Assembly: GCA_026394375.1 (NCBI GenBank)
Contig: JAPKYJ010000024.1
Span: forward strand, 101,577 to 165,576
Direction: 5' to 3'
From: Methanomassiliicoccales archaeon
GTDB lineage: Archaea; Thermoplasmatota; Thermoplasmata; Methanomassiliicoccales; UBA472
Length of the DNA stretch: 64,000 nucleotides
Both the position numbers and the translations under genes were made by a program. Below the pieces are notes generated by a model. The model did not search any database, was not told the origin of the DNA, and saw only the letters and a list, made by a program, of their open reading frames with translations. Each line of letters opens with the position of its first letter. The first letter of the stretch is position 1. Positions 37,242-46,931 of this stretch are shown piece by piece.

Positions 37242-37941
37242 CCTTCAGGACGACGATGCCTTCGCTCCGGGAGATGTCGATGGACTGCTTCCCCGTGAGG
37301 TGATTGGTGCCACGCATCTTGAGCACCTCCAAGTACTTCCGCCTGGCTCCGCCCTCTTCGGAGAGCATGAGCAGCACAATGCCGTCCACCGCGTAGGAGA
37401 CCTCCGGCGGATATATCTCCCCTGGGCCGACCTCGCCAGTGACCAGTGTGGTCGCGTTCCAATTCTTCAGACGATTGAAGAGATCGAAGAGGAACAGGCG
37501 GTAATCGCCCTTGAGCATGCCTCCTACCACCGTGATGGGGTCGATGACGATGCGCTGGGGCACCACCTCAGCGATCTTCTCCTCCATGGCCGCCAGGATC
37601 TGGCTAGCATCCAGCTCGCGCATCATGTTGCCCAGGTCCATGTACACTATCTGATCTCCGAAGAAATCCCTGTCCATGAAGTCGAACTGCGAGGCGTAGC
37701 GTAGCATCCACTGGGTCGGCTCGCTCAGGGTGGTGAAATACAGCCCTTGCTCGCCTCTCTTCGCCCCCTCGCACAGATATTTGAGTGCGAAGGTGGTCTT
37801 GCCCGTGCCCGCGGGGCCAGAGATGAGGACCACGGACGGGAACGGGAATCCTCCCTCGATCATCTCGTCCAGCCCCGGGATCCCCGTAGGGATGCGAACC
37901 AGGTCCATCCTCTTCGTACGCTCATCGCTTTTCTTGTCCAT
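37231..37941 (-). CDS. single-domain KaiC/RecA-superfamily ATPase
   Basis: 236 aa. IPTGIPGLDEMIEGGFPFPSVVLISGPAGTGKTTFALKYL (Walker A), Walker B-like RIVIDPI, and YLEVLKMRGTNH. Confidence 0.85.
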   Translation of the reverse strand: MDKKSDERTKRMDLVRIPTGIPGLDEMIEGGFPFPSVVLISGPAGTGKTTFALKYLCEGAKRGEQGLYFTTLSEPTQWMLRYASQFDFMDRDFFGDQIVYMDLGNMMRELDASQILAAMEEKIAEVVPQRIVIDPITVVGGMLKGDYRLFLFDLFNRLKNWNATTLVTGEVGPGEIYPPEVSYAVDGIVLLMLSEEGGARRKYLEVLKMRGTNHLTGKQSIDISRSEGIVVLKARF

Positions 37942-37943
37942 CT

Positions 37944-38615
37944 CTATCCCTTCTTACAATAGGTAATGTCCGTAATCGTCTTGACCCCCGAGTCTCCGGA
38001 TGCTCTTGCTTCGATGGTCTGCCGGAAGCTTATCTCGCTCGCGCATAGCGTCTTGGCCAATTCGTACAACGGGGCGCTTTTCTCTTTGTCAATGACCAAA
38101 AGTACCAATGCGTTCCGGGGACTCTCGAACACTTTAACGAAGTTGCGGAGGAAAAGCTCCACCGATTCGAAGCTGTTGTAGGTCAGGAGCGCCGAGAGAT
38201 TGTCGATGATGGCATATCGGCAGTCCTTGAGCCCGGTCTTCTTGCCGTCGTCGGAGGAGTTGTACTCGCTAATGGCGGCCGGTAGTTTATCGATATGGAA
38301 CGGACCGTCGACGAAGCCTACGTTGGCAGGAGCGATCTTGCAGTCGGCGGAGAAGCGGGAGATGGCGTCGATGTACATCAAGCGCTCAGCCTTGATGTGG
38401 TGCATCGAAAGGAGATGCACCATGTATTGATGCGGCCGGTCCACGGAAACGAACAGGCCGGTGAGACCCCTGTCCTGCGAAAGGCCTCGAAGGAGCATGA
38501 TGTTGAACCGCACGAACTGAGTGGATGGGACGTCGACCAAGATGGCGCCGCTCAGGCCGCTTGCGTCCAAGGCCCTCAGAAGCTCCTCCATCTGCATCAG
38601 GTCTTTCTCGTTCAT
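37944..38615 (-). CDS. KaiC-like paralogue lacking a Walker A motif (probably inactive partner)
   Basis: 223 aa. Similar length and layout (GLFVSVDRPHQYMV..., AIIDNLSALL, LVLLVIDKEK) but no GxxGxGKT. Two nt separate it from the downstream KaiC-like ATPase. Confidence 0.5.
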   Translation of the reverse strand: MNEKDLMQMEELLRALDASGLSGAILVDVPSTQFVRFNIMLLRGLSQDRGLTGLFVSVDRPHQYMVHLLSMHHIKAERLMYIDAISRFSADCKIAPANVGFVDGPFHIDKLPAAISEYNSSDDGKKTGLKDCRYAIIDNLSALLTYNSFESVELFLRNFVKVFESPRNALVLLVIDKEKSAPLYELAKTLCASEISFRQTIEARASGDSGVKTITDITYCKKG

Positions 38616-39154
38616 GCCAGTCGCCTGATGGATTCGGGTGGTCCGCTTATAAACCTTTTCGGTTGATTATCTCATGTGATTCGAGTGACCATGGACATTC
38701 AGCCATGCGGTCGAATGAGGGGTCGCTCTCCCACGAGGGCGCTCGGAAAGAGAGATGTCAGCTACTCACGATCAAGATCGTGGGCTTGTAACTGTGCTCG
38801 ACCTTATCCAAGGTGTCACGGCACGCTACATTCGGTCGGCTGACTCCTGCCTGCAGAACAGGGGAGACGATTCTCCGGCGACCTGCTCTATCGAGGCGTT
38901 CAAATGCCTTTCCCGCAGACCGTTGCCAGTCTCGTGCCCGAAGGAGCGATGTGTTTGAAGTCTTAGCCCAGAGCTTCAGCCGTCTTTCTCTCCCAGGCGA
39001 GAGTGCCTTACCCCTTGCGAGGTGTCTGGAAACTTCTGTATGCACCAGGTATGTTTGTCTGATGTTTATGTTTGTCGCTATTCATTCCACGACTAAAGTT
39101 CGTGGGTTTTATGGCGACTCATCTTATAACTCTCATCCCGATTCGGTAGCCATC

Positions 39155-39859
39155 ATGTTCACCCAGGGGGACATCGTCGGCCTGGTCGCCGTGTATGCCT
39201 ACGTGGGCCTGGTCATAGTTCTGGCGGCCAAGCTCAAGGTCGTCCGCAACGCCAAGATGCACCGCAAGTTCGTGCACATCATGGTAGGTAACATCGTCTT
39301 CATCTGGTGGGTGTTCGACTCCTCCTATGTAATGGCCCTTCTGGCCGCCGCGCCTTTCATCCCCTTGCTCATCCTCGCCTCGCCCTACTCCCCGATGAAG
39401 AAGGTCCGCGATTCCTTCATAGGCCAGACCACGGGGGAGAGCCACGACCTTGGTTTGGTCTACTATGCCATCGCCTGGACGGTCCTGGCCTTCTTCCTGT
39501 TCGACAATCGCCTGGTGGCCTCCATCGCCATCGTCTCCATGTCCTACGGGGACGGCATGGGTGGCCTAATCGGGAAGAGGTTCGGCAAGAAGAAGATATG
39601 CGGCCCCAAGACCCTGGAAGGCACCACGGCGGTATTCGTAGCCACCACCCTAGCAACGTTCGTGGTCTTCGTTTTCTACGGTTGGCTGAACGCGCAACAT
39701 CTGATCGTTTCCCCGGAGATTTCCCTCGCCGCGGCGGGGTTGTTCTCTCTACTCATCGGAGCCTTCGTGGCCGTAGTGGAGCTCCTCACACCCGGGCAGT
39801 ACGACAATCTGGTCATCCCCTTCGGCACGGCGGGGCTGTTGCTCGTGGCCGGGTTGTGA
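39155..39859 (+). CDS. dolichol kinase / CTP-dependent polyprenol kinase-like membrane protein (COG0170 family)
   Basis: About 234 aa from the Met at 39155, polytopic. SYGDGMGGLIGKRFGKKK...KTLEGT motif of the cytidylyltransferase/dolichol kinase family. The upstream part of the ORF is non-protein-like. Confidence 0.6.
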   Translation: MFTQGDIVGLVAVYAYVGLVIVLAAKLKVVRNAKMHRKFVHIMVGNIVFIWWVFDSSYVMALLAAAPFIPLLILASPYSPMKKVRDSFIGQTTGESHDLGLVYYAIAWTVLAFFLFDNRLVASIAIVSMSYGDGMGGLIGKRFGKKKICGPKTLEGTTAVFVATTLATFVVFVFYGWLNAQHLIVSPEISLAAAGLFSLLIGAFVAVVELLTPGQYDNLVIPFGTAGLLLVAGL

Positions 39860-39865
39860 TGAAGC

Positions 39866-40456
39866 ATGCGCTGGATCGTGGTGGATGGTATCGATGGCTC
39901 AGGGAAGAGCACTCATGCCCGCTGGATCAAGGACCTCTACGAGAGGAAAGGGTGCAAGGTGCTCCTTCGCATCCATCCCTCGGACGGCTTCCTAGGGAAA
40001 GTGGCCAGGGGGGGCCTGGAAGGAAGAGGGAGGGCCATGCGCACGGTCGCGACCGTCTTCTTCATACTGGATGTGCTCTCGTCCGTGCGCAGGCTCAGGC
40101 GCGATCGAGCGGAGTACGACGTCGTCATCTTCGTGCGCTATCTCATGGCCACGGCCTATCTGCCCGACCGGTTCGTGCAGACGGGCTATGACTTCTTTGC
40201 CAAGGTGCTTCCCGTCCCCCGACGCCTGCTGCTAATAGATGTACGGCCGGAGAACGCACTCGAACGCATCTTGCAGCGAGAGCATAAGAAGGAAATGTTC
40301 GAGGATCTGGATAGTTTGAGCAGGACACGGGGCAAGGTCCTTCGCCTGGCCCGTCCGCCCTGGAGGGTGCTGGACAACAACGTCGCCGAGGAGGACGTCC
40401 GGAAGGCGCTCATCTCGGTCCTGGAGGATTGGGACGCCCAACGACCCGAGGATTGA
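39866..40456 (+). CDS. thymidylate kinase-family P-loop kinase
   Basis: 196 aa. VVDGIDGSGKSTHARWI P-loop and a VRYLMATAYL (DRY-like) region. Confidence 0.65.
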   Translation: MRWIVVDGIDGSGKSTHARWIKDLYERKGCKVLLRIHPSDGFLGKVARGGLEGRGRAMRTVATVFFILDVLSSVRRLRRDRAEYDVVIFVRYLMATAYLPDRFVQTGYDFFAKVLPVPRRLLLIDVRPENALERILQREHKKEMFEDLDSLSRTRGKVLRLARPPWRVLDNNVAEEDVRKALISVLEDWDAQRPED

Positions 40457-41618
40457 TCGCTCGCACTGTCAACCAAGTTGCGATCAGGGCGAGAGTGGCG
40501 ATGAACACGCCTATCATTTGGATCGAATCCATGCCCAGGGAGACATAGATCGGACCGAACAGCACAGGCGCAACAGCATATCCAAGGAAACGGCTGCTGT
40601 TGAAGATGGATGAGACCGTGCCTCGGCTCCTTGGCATCACCTCCACGGTCAGGGTGAGGAGAGAGGCCCACACCACCGAGGAACCGCAGCCTAGAAGCGC
40701 CAGGGAAGCGGAATAGGTCAGGAACGAATCGGCACGAGTGAGCACCAGGAAGGCCACCATCATGATGACGAAGCCGATCATCGCCGCCTTCAATCGACCT
40801 AGATTGTCCACAAGCCAGCCGCCGACCGGCGCCATGAAGATGCCGGCGATGCCCGCAGAGGCGATGGCGATGCCTATCAGGTCCTCCGCCAAGGACAACG
40901 GAGGCAGGGAGAGCACGTCCGACATGAATGCCAGGGTGCTCATGTAGCAGAGGAACGTCATGAAGCCCGCCAGGGAGAGGGTGATGACCTTGCGTTCGCC
41001 CAACGCCTCCTTCATGAGCGCGGCGAAGGCGCCCATGCCTTTCCTATCCTTCTTCACCTCCTGATGTCCCTTGAAGGCCACCAGGTATAAGACGTTCATG
41101 AACAAGGAAAGGATGGAGATGGTGATGAATGTCAAGCGCCAGTCCACCTGACTGATGAAGCCGGCCATGAACGGACCAAGGGCGATGCCGGCGGTGGTCG
41201 CAGCACCGAGCAAACCCATCGCCCGACCGGTCTCCTTTGGGTCCACAATATCCCCCAATAATGCGACCAAGACAGGCGACACAAAGGCGAACCCGAACCC
41301 CTGTAGGGCGCGGGCCATGTAGAACGTGCTCAGATCCGGACTGAAAGCGGTGCAGAACCCACCCAGGGCGTAGATGACATATCCCAGGGTGAGCACCTTC
41401 CTCCGGCCGTGGATGTCGGAAAGGGTCCCAGTGAACAGCATGCTGACCGCGAAGGGCAGCATGAAGAAGGTGATGGATAGGAGCACCTGCGGTCCCGTTG
41501 CGTGGTACTCGCTCTTGAGTATAGGGACCAGGGCGAGCACCGCGTTGCCGGCCAAGGGACCTATGAACGAGCCCCCGTATATCGCCACTCGTCTAAGGTC
41601 TGCCATCCAGCCCTGCAT
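40410..41618 (-). CDS. MFS transporter
   Basis: 402 aa with about 12 TM segments and loop motif GTLSDIHGRRKV. Its 3' end overlaps the convergent kinase gene by 47 nt. Confidence 0.8.
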   Translation of the reverse strand: MQGWMADLRRVAIYGGSFIGPLAGNAVLALVPILKSEYHATGPQVLLSITFFMLPFAVSMLFTGTLSDIHGRRKVLTLGYVIYALGGFCTAFSPDLSTFYMARALQGFGFAFVSPVLVALLGDIVDPKETGRAMGLLGAATTAGIALGPFMAGFISQVDWRLTFITISILSLFMNVLYLVAFKGHQEVKKDRKGMGAFAALMKEALGERKVITLSLAGFMTFLCYMSTLAFMSDVLSLPPLSLAEDLIGIAIASAGIAGIFMAPVGGWLVDNLGRLKAAMIGFVIMMVAFLVLTRADSFLTYSASLALLGCGSSVVWASLLTLTVEVMPRSRGTVSSIFNSSRFLGYAVAPVLFGPIYVSLGMDSIQMIGVFIATLALIATWLTVRAINPRVVGRPNPPGPR

Positions 41619-41658
41619 TCCCGGCCAGATACTTAATATGCGCTAGCTCGGGTCCGCG

Positions 41659-42573
41659 TCACCTCTTCGTCCCATCGATCTTGACGAACTTATCGCCCTT
41701 GATATAGGGGCAATCCTTGTCTTCGCATGGCTCGAGATGGATGAGCACGTTGGTGTGGGGCAACCTCGCCTCGATGTCCTTCTCCAGGTCCTCGCACAGC
41801 TGATGGGCGTCCAGGATGCACATCCGTCGGTTCACGACCAGGTGCAGGTCGATGAAACGCTCCGCCCCGGATTTCCTGGTCCTGAGCGCATGGAAGTTCA
41901 CGAACTGGAACGAGTGCTGGTCCAGCACCTCGCGCACGACCTTCTCCTCGTTCGGAGGCAGGGATTCGTCCACCAGGCCCTTGCTCGATTCCCTGGTGAG
42001 TTCGTACGCCGCCCGGATGATGAGCATGGCTACCATGATTGCCACGAGAGGGTCGAGGATGGGGAGGTTCGTCAATTGGATTATGATCAGGCCCAGGAAC
42101 ACTCCCAGAGAGGTGTAGACGTCGGTACGCAGGTGCATGCCATCGGCGATGAGGGCTATGGAATCCTCATCCTTCCCGACCCGGATGAGCTGCCGCGACA
42201 CCAGGATGTTCGCCACGGCCGATATGCCCATGACCACGATGCCCGCCCAGACGAACTCCACCGGCGCGTTGTTGAAAAGGCGGAGCGATGCCTCGTAGAT
42301 GATCAGGCCAGCAGCGAGGAGGATCAATATCGCCTCCACCACTCCGGCGTAGTTCTCGTACTTACCATGACCATAGGGATGATCGGCATCCGCCGGGATG
42401 GTGGCCTTGCGCACCGAGTAGTTGGCTATGACCGCGGCGATCAGGTCGATCATGGAATGGATAGCCTCGGACAGCACGCTCACCGACATCATCATGATTC
42501 CGACGGCCAGTTTTAGGCCCACCAGAGTGGTGTTGCTGTAGATGGAGAGCATCGCTGCCCGGACTTTCTTCAA
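41659..42573 (-). CDS. cation diffusion facilitator (CDF) metal efflux transporter
   Basis: 304 aa. SEAIHSMIDL and MHLRTDVYTSLGV motifs and a C-terminal cytoplasmic domain (HALRTRKSGAERFIDLHLVV). Confidence 0.9.
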   Translation of the reverse strand: MKKVRAAMLSIYSNTTLVGLKLAVGIMMMSVSVLSEAIHSMIDLIAAVIANYSVRKATIPADADHPYGHGKYENYAGVVEAILILLAAGLIIYEASLRLFNNAPVEFVWAGIVVMGISAVANILVSRQLIRVGKDEDSIALIADGMHLRTDVYTSLGVFLGLIIIQLTNLPILDPLVAIMVAMLIIRAAYELTRESSKGLVDESLPPNEEKVVREVLDQHSFQFVNFHALRTRKSGAERFIDLHLVVNRRMCILDAHQLCEDLEKDIEARLPHTNVLIHLEPCEDKDCPYIKGDKFVKIDGTKR

Positions 42574-42595
42574 GCTATCCTCCTTCCCGAGAGGG

Positions 42596-43123
42596 CTAGC
42601 CCGATTTAGGCTTTTCTGAGCTGGTTCCGATCAGGTGGTCCATGTCCACCGTTCCCAGGTAGCGGATGACGTCCGCCCGGGTGAGGATGCCCACGACGCG
42701 GGTGCCTTCGATCACCGGGATCCGATTCACGCCGAAGGCGCTCATGATGAGCACGGCCCTTTGGATGGTGTCCTCTGGTCCTAGGACGTAGACATCGCGG
42801 GTCATGACCTCCTGCACCTTGATGTTCTGGATCCGCGCGATGGCCTCGGCCATCTCGGTTTCCTTGTAGCTGGATTGAAATGAGACGCCGAAGAGTGATG
42901 CTGAGGGATAGACCATGCTCAATCGCTTCTCGTAGGTCTTCACCGCTTTGAGTACGTCGGTCTCGGAGATAACGCCCAGTATCTTGCCCTCATCGTCCAC
43001 CACTGGCGCTCCCGAGATGTGGTGCTCGAAGAAGATGCGTGAGACCTGCTGCAAGGTCATCTCCGGTCTGACCGTGACCACTTCCTTGGTCATCACTTCC
43101 TTGATCAAGCTCGCCGGCGTCAT
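42596..43123 (-). CDS. CBS-domain pair protein
   Basis: About 175 aa from the internal Met (MTPASLIKEVMTKEVVTVRPEMT...), with two CBS repeats. The longer ORF would overlap the dys upstream region. Confidence 0.8.
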   Translation of the reverse strand: MTPASLIKEVMTKEVVTVRPEMTLQQVSRIFFEHHISGAPVVDDEGKILGVISETDVLKAVKTYEKRLSMVYPSASLFGVSFQSSYKETEMAEAIARIQNIKVQEVMTRDVYVLGPEDTIQRAVLIMSAFGVNRIPVIEGTRVVGILTRADVIRYLGTVDMDHLIGTSSEKPKSG

Positions 43124-43207
43124 CTTTCGTCCCTCCCGTGGTCTATCGACATTGGCAATATTTATTTTGCTGAGGATGCCTCTCGTCCAAGGCGGAGTTG
43201 ATGCAGG

Positions 43208-44149
43208 ATGACGAAGCAGAGGCCGGTTAGGGACGTACAGCTGATCGATGGCATGACCGTCGACTCCTTGGTCAGGGAACTGAAGCAATCAGGAGGCTTC
43301 ACCGGCCGCAAGCTGGCAGATGCGGTGGACATCATCGAGAAGATGATGAGGCGAGATTGCACGGTCTTCCTTTCGTTCCCAGCTTGCATCATGGCCACTG
43401 GCACCCGCGGCGTCATCGTGGAGCTGGTCAAGAGGAAGCTGGTGGACGTCATCATCACCACCTGTGGCACCCTGGACCACGACCTGGCCCGCACCTGGAA
43501 GAAGTACTATCACGGTGATTTCTTCATGGACGATGCCGACCTCCGGCATAAGGGCATCAACCGATTGGGCAACGTGCTCGTTCCTGACGAAAGCTACGGC
43601 CTGATCCTGGAGAAGAAGCTCATCCCCATGTTCGAGGAGATCCTCCGGGGCAAGGATTCCATCTCCACCTGGGAGCTCATCGACCAGGTCGGTTCCCGCA
43701 TCGAAGATGAGAAATCGCTCCTGCATTGGTGCCACAAGAACCGAGTGCCCATCTATGTCCCGGGCATCACCGACGGCTCCTTCGGCAGCCAGCTCTGGAT
43801 GTACTGGCAGACCCATCGTGCTCTGAAGATCGACCTCTTCCGCGACGAACAGGAGCTCTCGGACATCACCTTCGAGGCCAAGGAGACGGGCGCGATAATC
43901 GTCGGGGGCGGGATCTCCAAGCATCATACGATCTGGTGGAACCAGTTCCGCGGAGGCCTCGACTATGCTGTCTACTTGACCACCGCTACCGAGTACGATG
44001 GCTCGCTCTCCGGCGCTCAGGTCAGAGAGGCGATCTCCTGGGGCAAGGTCAAGGAGGGGGCGGACCAGATAACGGTGGAGGGGGACGCGACCATCACCCT
44101 GCCCATGGTGGTAGCGAGCCTCATAGATAGGTTGGGTGGCTCCCGGTGA
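43208..44149 (+). CDS. dys: deoxyhypusine synthase
   Basis: 313 aa. VFLSFPACIMATGTRG, IITTCGTLDHD and GGGISKHH motifs. Confidence 0.9.
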   Translation: MTKQRPVRDVQLIDGMTVDSLVRELKQSGGFTGRKLADAVDIIEKMMRRDCTVFLSFPACIMATGTRGVIVELVKRKLVDVIITTCGTLDHDLARTWKKYYHGDFFMDDADLRHKGINRLGNVLVPDESYGLILEKKLIPMFEEILRGKDSISTWELIDQVGSRIEDEKSLLHWCHKNRVPIYVPGITDGSFGSQLWMYWQTHRALKIDLFRDEQELSDITFEAKETGAIIVGGGISKHHTIWWNQFRGGLDYAVYLTTATEYDGSLSGAQVREAISWGKVKEGADQITVEGDATITLPMVVASLIDRLGGSR

Positions 44150-45138
44150 AGCGGGTAGTGGTCATCAAGGGGGACGGCATAGGCAAAGAGGTCATCCCTC
44201 AGGCGGTGCGGGTGCTCCAGGCCGTCACTAGCGATCTGGAGCTTGTCCCGGCGCACATGGGACTGGAGTGCAACGCCATCTATGGCTGGTTCCTGCCGCC
44301 CAAGACCCTGGAGATCATCAAGGGCTCCGATGCCGTGCTGTTCGGAGCTATCACCACCCCTATTGCCGACCCGGACTACCGATCTCCTCTGCTCTTCCTT
44401 CGGCGAGAGCTCGATCTCTACGCGAACGTCCGACCGGCCAAGAAGATCATACCGAACATCGGGGTGGTGGACCTCGACCTGGTGCTGGTGCGTGAGAACA
44501 CCGAGGGCATGTACACTGGCGTGGAAAGGGAGGAAGGCGATGCCATCATCCTGGAGAGGAAGGTGAGCGAGAAGGCATGCCGCCGCATCGTCCGCTACGC
44601 CATCGACCTCTGCAAGACACGCGGGCTGCAGCGCATACACTGCGTGCACAAGGCCAACGTCATCCGCAGATCGGACGGTCTGTTCCGGCGGGTGTTCTTC
44701 AAGGAGATGGAAGGGACCGGTCTGGAGGCAAGAGAGATGCTGGTGGACGCCGCGGCCGCGGCCCTCATCACCAGGCCGAAGGAGTTCCAATGCATCGTCA
44801 CCCTGAATCTATATGGTGATATCCTCTCCGACGAAGCGGCCGCGCTGGTAGGAGGTCTGGGCTTCACCCCTTGCGGCAACATCGGAGATCGCTACGCCTT
44901 ATTCGAGCCGTGCCACGGTTCGGCCCCGGACATAGCTGGCAAAGGCATAGCCAATCCCACGGCCACCATCCTCTCGGCGACGATGATGCTTCGGCACCTG
45001 GGCATGCTGCGAGAGGCGGAGACGGCGGAGGAAGCCCTTACAGATACCTATCGTGCTGGAATCGCCACACCAGATGCCGGAGGAAGCCATTCGACCACCG
45101 CTTTCACGGATGAAGTGATCTCCCGCTTGGTCGGGTGA
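44146..45138 (+). CDS. isopropylmalate/homoisocitrate/isocitrate dehydrogenase-family enzyme
   Basis: 330 aa. GDGIGKEV, LDLYANVRP, VRENTEGMYTG and NLYGDILSDEAAALVGGLG motifs. 4-nt overlap (GTGA: GTG start, TGA stop) with dys. Confidence 0.85.
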   Translation: MKRVVVIKGDGIGKEVIPQAVRVLQAVTSDLELVPAHMGLECNAIYGWFLPPKTLEIIKGSDAVLFGAITTPIADPDYRSPLLFLRRELDLYANVRPAKKIIPNIGVVDLDLVLVRENTEGMYTGVEREEGDAIILERKVSEKACRRIVRYAIDLCKTRGLQRIHCVHKANVIRRSDGLFRRVFFKEMEGTGLEAREMLVDAAAAALITRPKEFQCIVTLNLYGDILSDEAAALVGGLGFTPCGNIGDRYALFEPCHGSAPDIAGKGIANPTATILSATMMLRHLGMLREAETAEEALTDTYRAGIATPDAGGSHSTTAFTDEVISRLVG

Positions 45139-45189
45139 AGACCGAGCTAGACACCATCATATTGGTTCTGCGAGAAAGGATGCGAGGAA

Positions 45190-45208
45190 GTGCAGGGGGT
45201 GCGATTTG
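45190..45208. repeat. 19-bp direct repeat (distal att site; displaced copy of the tRNA-Leu 3' end)
   Basis: GTGCAGGGGGTGCGATTTG is identical to 46932-46950. Confidence 0.7.
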
Positions 45209-45702
45209 CACCCGCACCTATCCAGATGCTGAGAAAGGCGTTTCAATCAGAGGGGGATAGATTTTTTTCAAGGACGGACGCTATGCCCGAAGAGGGGGAA
45301 GTTACTCTCACTTCCCAAGAATAGACTAGAGGAGCGGGATATGACTATCTGGCTAAGTCTAGTCTGTTCATTCTAGAGTAGCCTAGAGTAACTAGACTTG
45401 ATATCAACCTGCACTCAAAACGGGAAAAGGGAAGTTGGAAGAATCTCGGCATCTTTTCATATCTGGCTATGGAGAAGTGACAGCATCTCGCGGTCCTCCG
45501 CGGAGATCTGCTTCGAGGACACGACCCCGGGGCCTCTCATAAACCATCGGCAAAGGCAACAGCCTATAGCACCATCACCGCTCCATGCCAGGGCTGCCCA
45601 TGCCATACTGGAGAGGACCATACTGGATGCGGCTATCGTTGACAAATTATTAAGGTACCAATCAGGCATACGAATTCCAGCTCATTTGTAATGAGCTGAG
45701 CC

Positions 45703-46692
45703 GTGATGTCAGAGCGGGGTGCTTCCATGGGAAAGAGATCAGGAATACATGTGAGATCCACAATTTTCGTGCTTATGCTGCTTTTGAGTGCGTTCTTCGT
45801 CGTTGCCACGGATACGGTGTCCGCAGCCGACAGCGACTATACCTATACAACGAGCGGCAGCCCCGCCGTTGCCACTATCACGGGATACACTGGCGCTGGC
45901 GGAGCGATCACGATCCCCTCCACATTAGGTGGGTATGCCACAGTGGCCATCGGAGACTCTGCGTTCTACTCCTGCACCTCCCTGACCTCCGTGACCATTC
46001 CCAACAGCGTCACGTCCATCGGGGACTGGGCGTTCTACAACTGCACCTCCCTGACCTCCGTGACCATTCCCAACAGCGTCACGTCCATCGGGGACGGTGC
46101 GTTCGCCGTCTGCACCTCCCTGACCTCCGTGACCATCCCCAGCAGCGTCACGTCCATCGGGTCTATGACGTTCAGTGTCTGCACCTCCCTGACCTCGATC
46201 GATGTGAATACAGGCAACGCGAACTATGCCAGCATCGATGGCGTGCTTCATAACAAAGCCATTACTACACTGATCCAGTACCCGGGCGGTAGGGTAGGGG
46301 CGTTCACCATCCGCAGCAGCGTCACGTCCATCGGGGGCTGGGCGTTCAACTCCTGCACCTCCCTGACCTCCGTGACCATCCCCCGCAGCGTCACGTCCAT
46401 CGGGGAATATGCGTTCTCCTCCTGCACCTCCCTGACATCAATTACATTCCTGGGGCTCGTTGCGCCGACCACCGTTGGTGCGAATTGGATCCTAGATACA
46501 CCCATGGGAATAAGAGGCCACGCATACCCCGCCTCGAATTTCCCTGCCCCGGGTGGCGATTTTCATGGGCTGACGATGGGTGCGGTCATCGGCAGCCCGG
46601 CGAGCGACAATACAATGCTGATATTAGTGGCAGTGATCGCGATCGCCGTGGTGGTGGCGGTGCTGCTCGTCCTACGCAAGCGCAAGAAGTAG
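45703..46692 (+). CDS. BspA-type leucine-rich-repeat cell-surface protein with signal peptide and C-terminal TM anchor
   Basis: 329 aa. N-terminal hydrophobic signal (IFVLMLLLSAFFVVA). About seven 23-aa repeats (CTSLTSVTIPNSVTSIGDWAFYN). C-terminal LILVAVIAIAVVVAVLLVLRKRKK. Confidence 0.8.
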   Translation: MMSERGASMGKRSGIHVRSTIFVLMLLLSAFFVVATDTVSAADSDYTYTTSGSPAVATITGYTGAGGAITIPSTLGGYATVAIGDSAFYSCTSLTSVTIPNSVTSIGDWAFYNCTSLTSVTIPNSVTSIGDGAFAVCTSLTSVTIPSSVTSIGSMTFSVCTSLTSIDVNTGNANYASIDGVLHNKAITTLIQYPGGRVGAFTIRSSVTSIGGWAFNSCTSLTSVTIPRSVTSIGEYAFSSCTSLTSITFLGLVAPTTVGANWILDTPMGIRGHAYPASNFPAPGGDFHGLTMGAVIGSPASDNTMLILVAVIAIAVVVAVLLVLRKRKK

Positions 46693-46698
46693 GCGAGG

Positions 46699-46929
46699 AT
46701 GTGCCGTCGCACGTACGGGCAGCATAACATCGACCAAGGCGTCCCCCTCGACGCGGTGTCGAGGATGCTCGGGCAAAGGACTATGAAGACAACGGAGACC
46801 TACTACTGTAGGAGAACGAACGAGTCGGCCGTCCTAGAAACTCAGAAGGTCTGGGAACGGCAGATTAAACCTCTAGAACCTAATACCCCCCTGATCGAGA
46901 AGCGTTCTTCTCTGCCTGGTTATGCTTAG
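46699..46929 (+). pseudogene. C-terminal fragment of a tyrosine recombinase/integrase
   Basis: The 76-aa ORF contains RRTYGQHNIDQGVPLDAVSRMLGQRTMKTTETYY, matching the R-x-x...LGH...Y end of the integrase catalytic domain (His replaced by Gln). The N-terminal ~250 aa are absent. Confidence 0.5.
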
Positions 46930-46931
46930 GT

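Noticed and set aside
38813-39154. N-terminal 114-aa extension of the dolichol kinase-like ORF
   Set aside because: The extension is Arg/Ser/Cys-rich and non-protein-like. The membrane protein begins convincingly at the Met at 39155.
38616-39154. SRP (7S) RNA or a riboswitch in the long spacer
   Set aside because: I could not find the conserved SRP domain IV motifs or any known riboswitch core by eye. It is left as an open question in the findings.
45209-45290. A second tRNA gene at the distal 19-bp repeat
   Set aside because: Only the 19 nt matching the tRNA-Leu 3' end are present. The adjacent sequence cannot form D or anticodon arms. It is a displaced att remnant.
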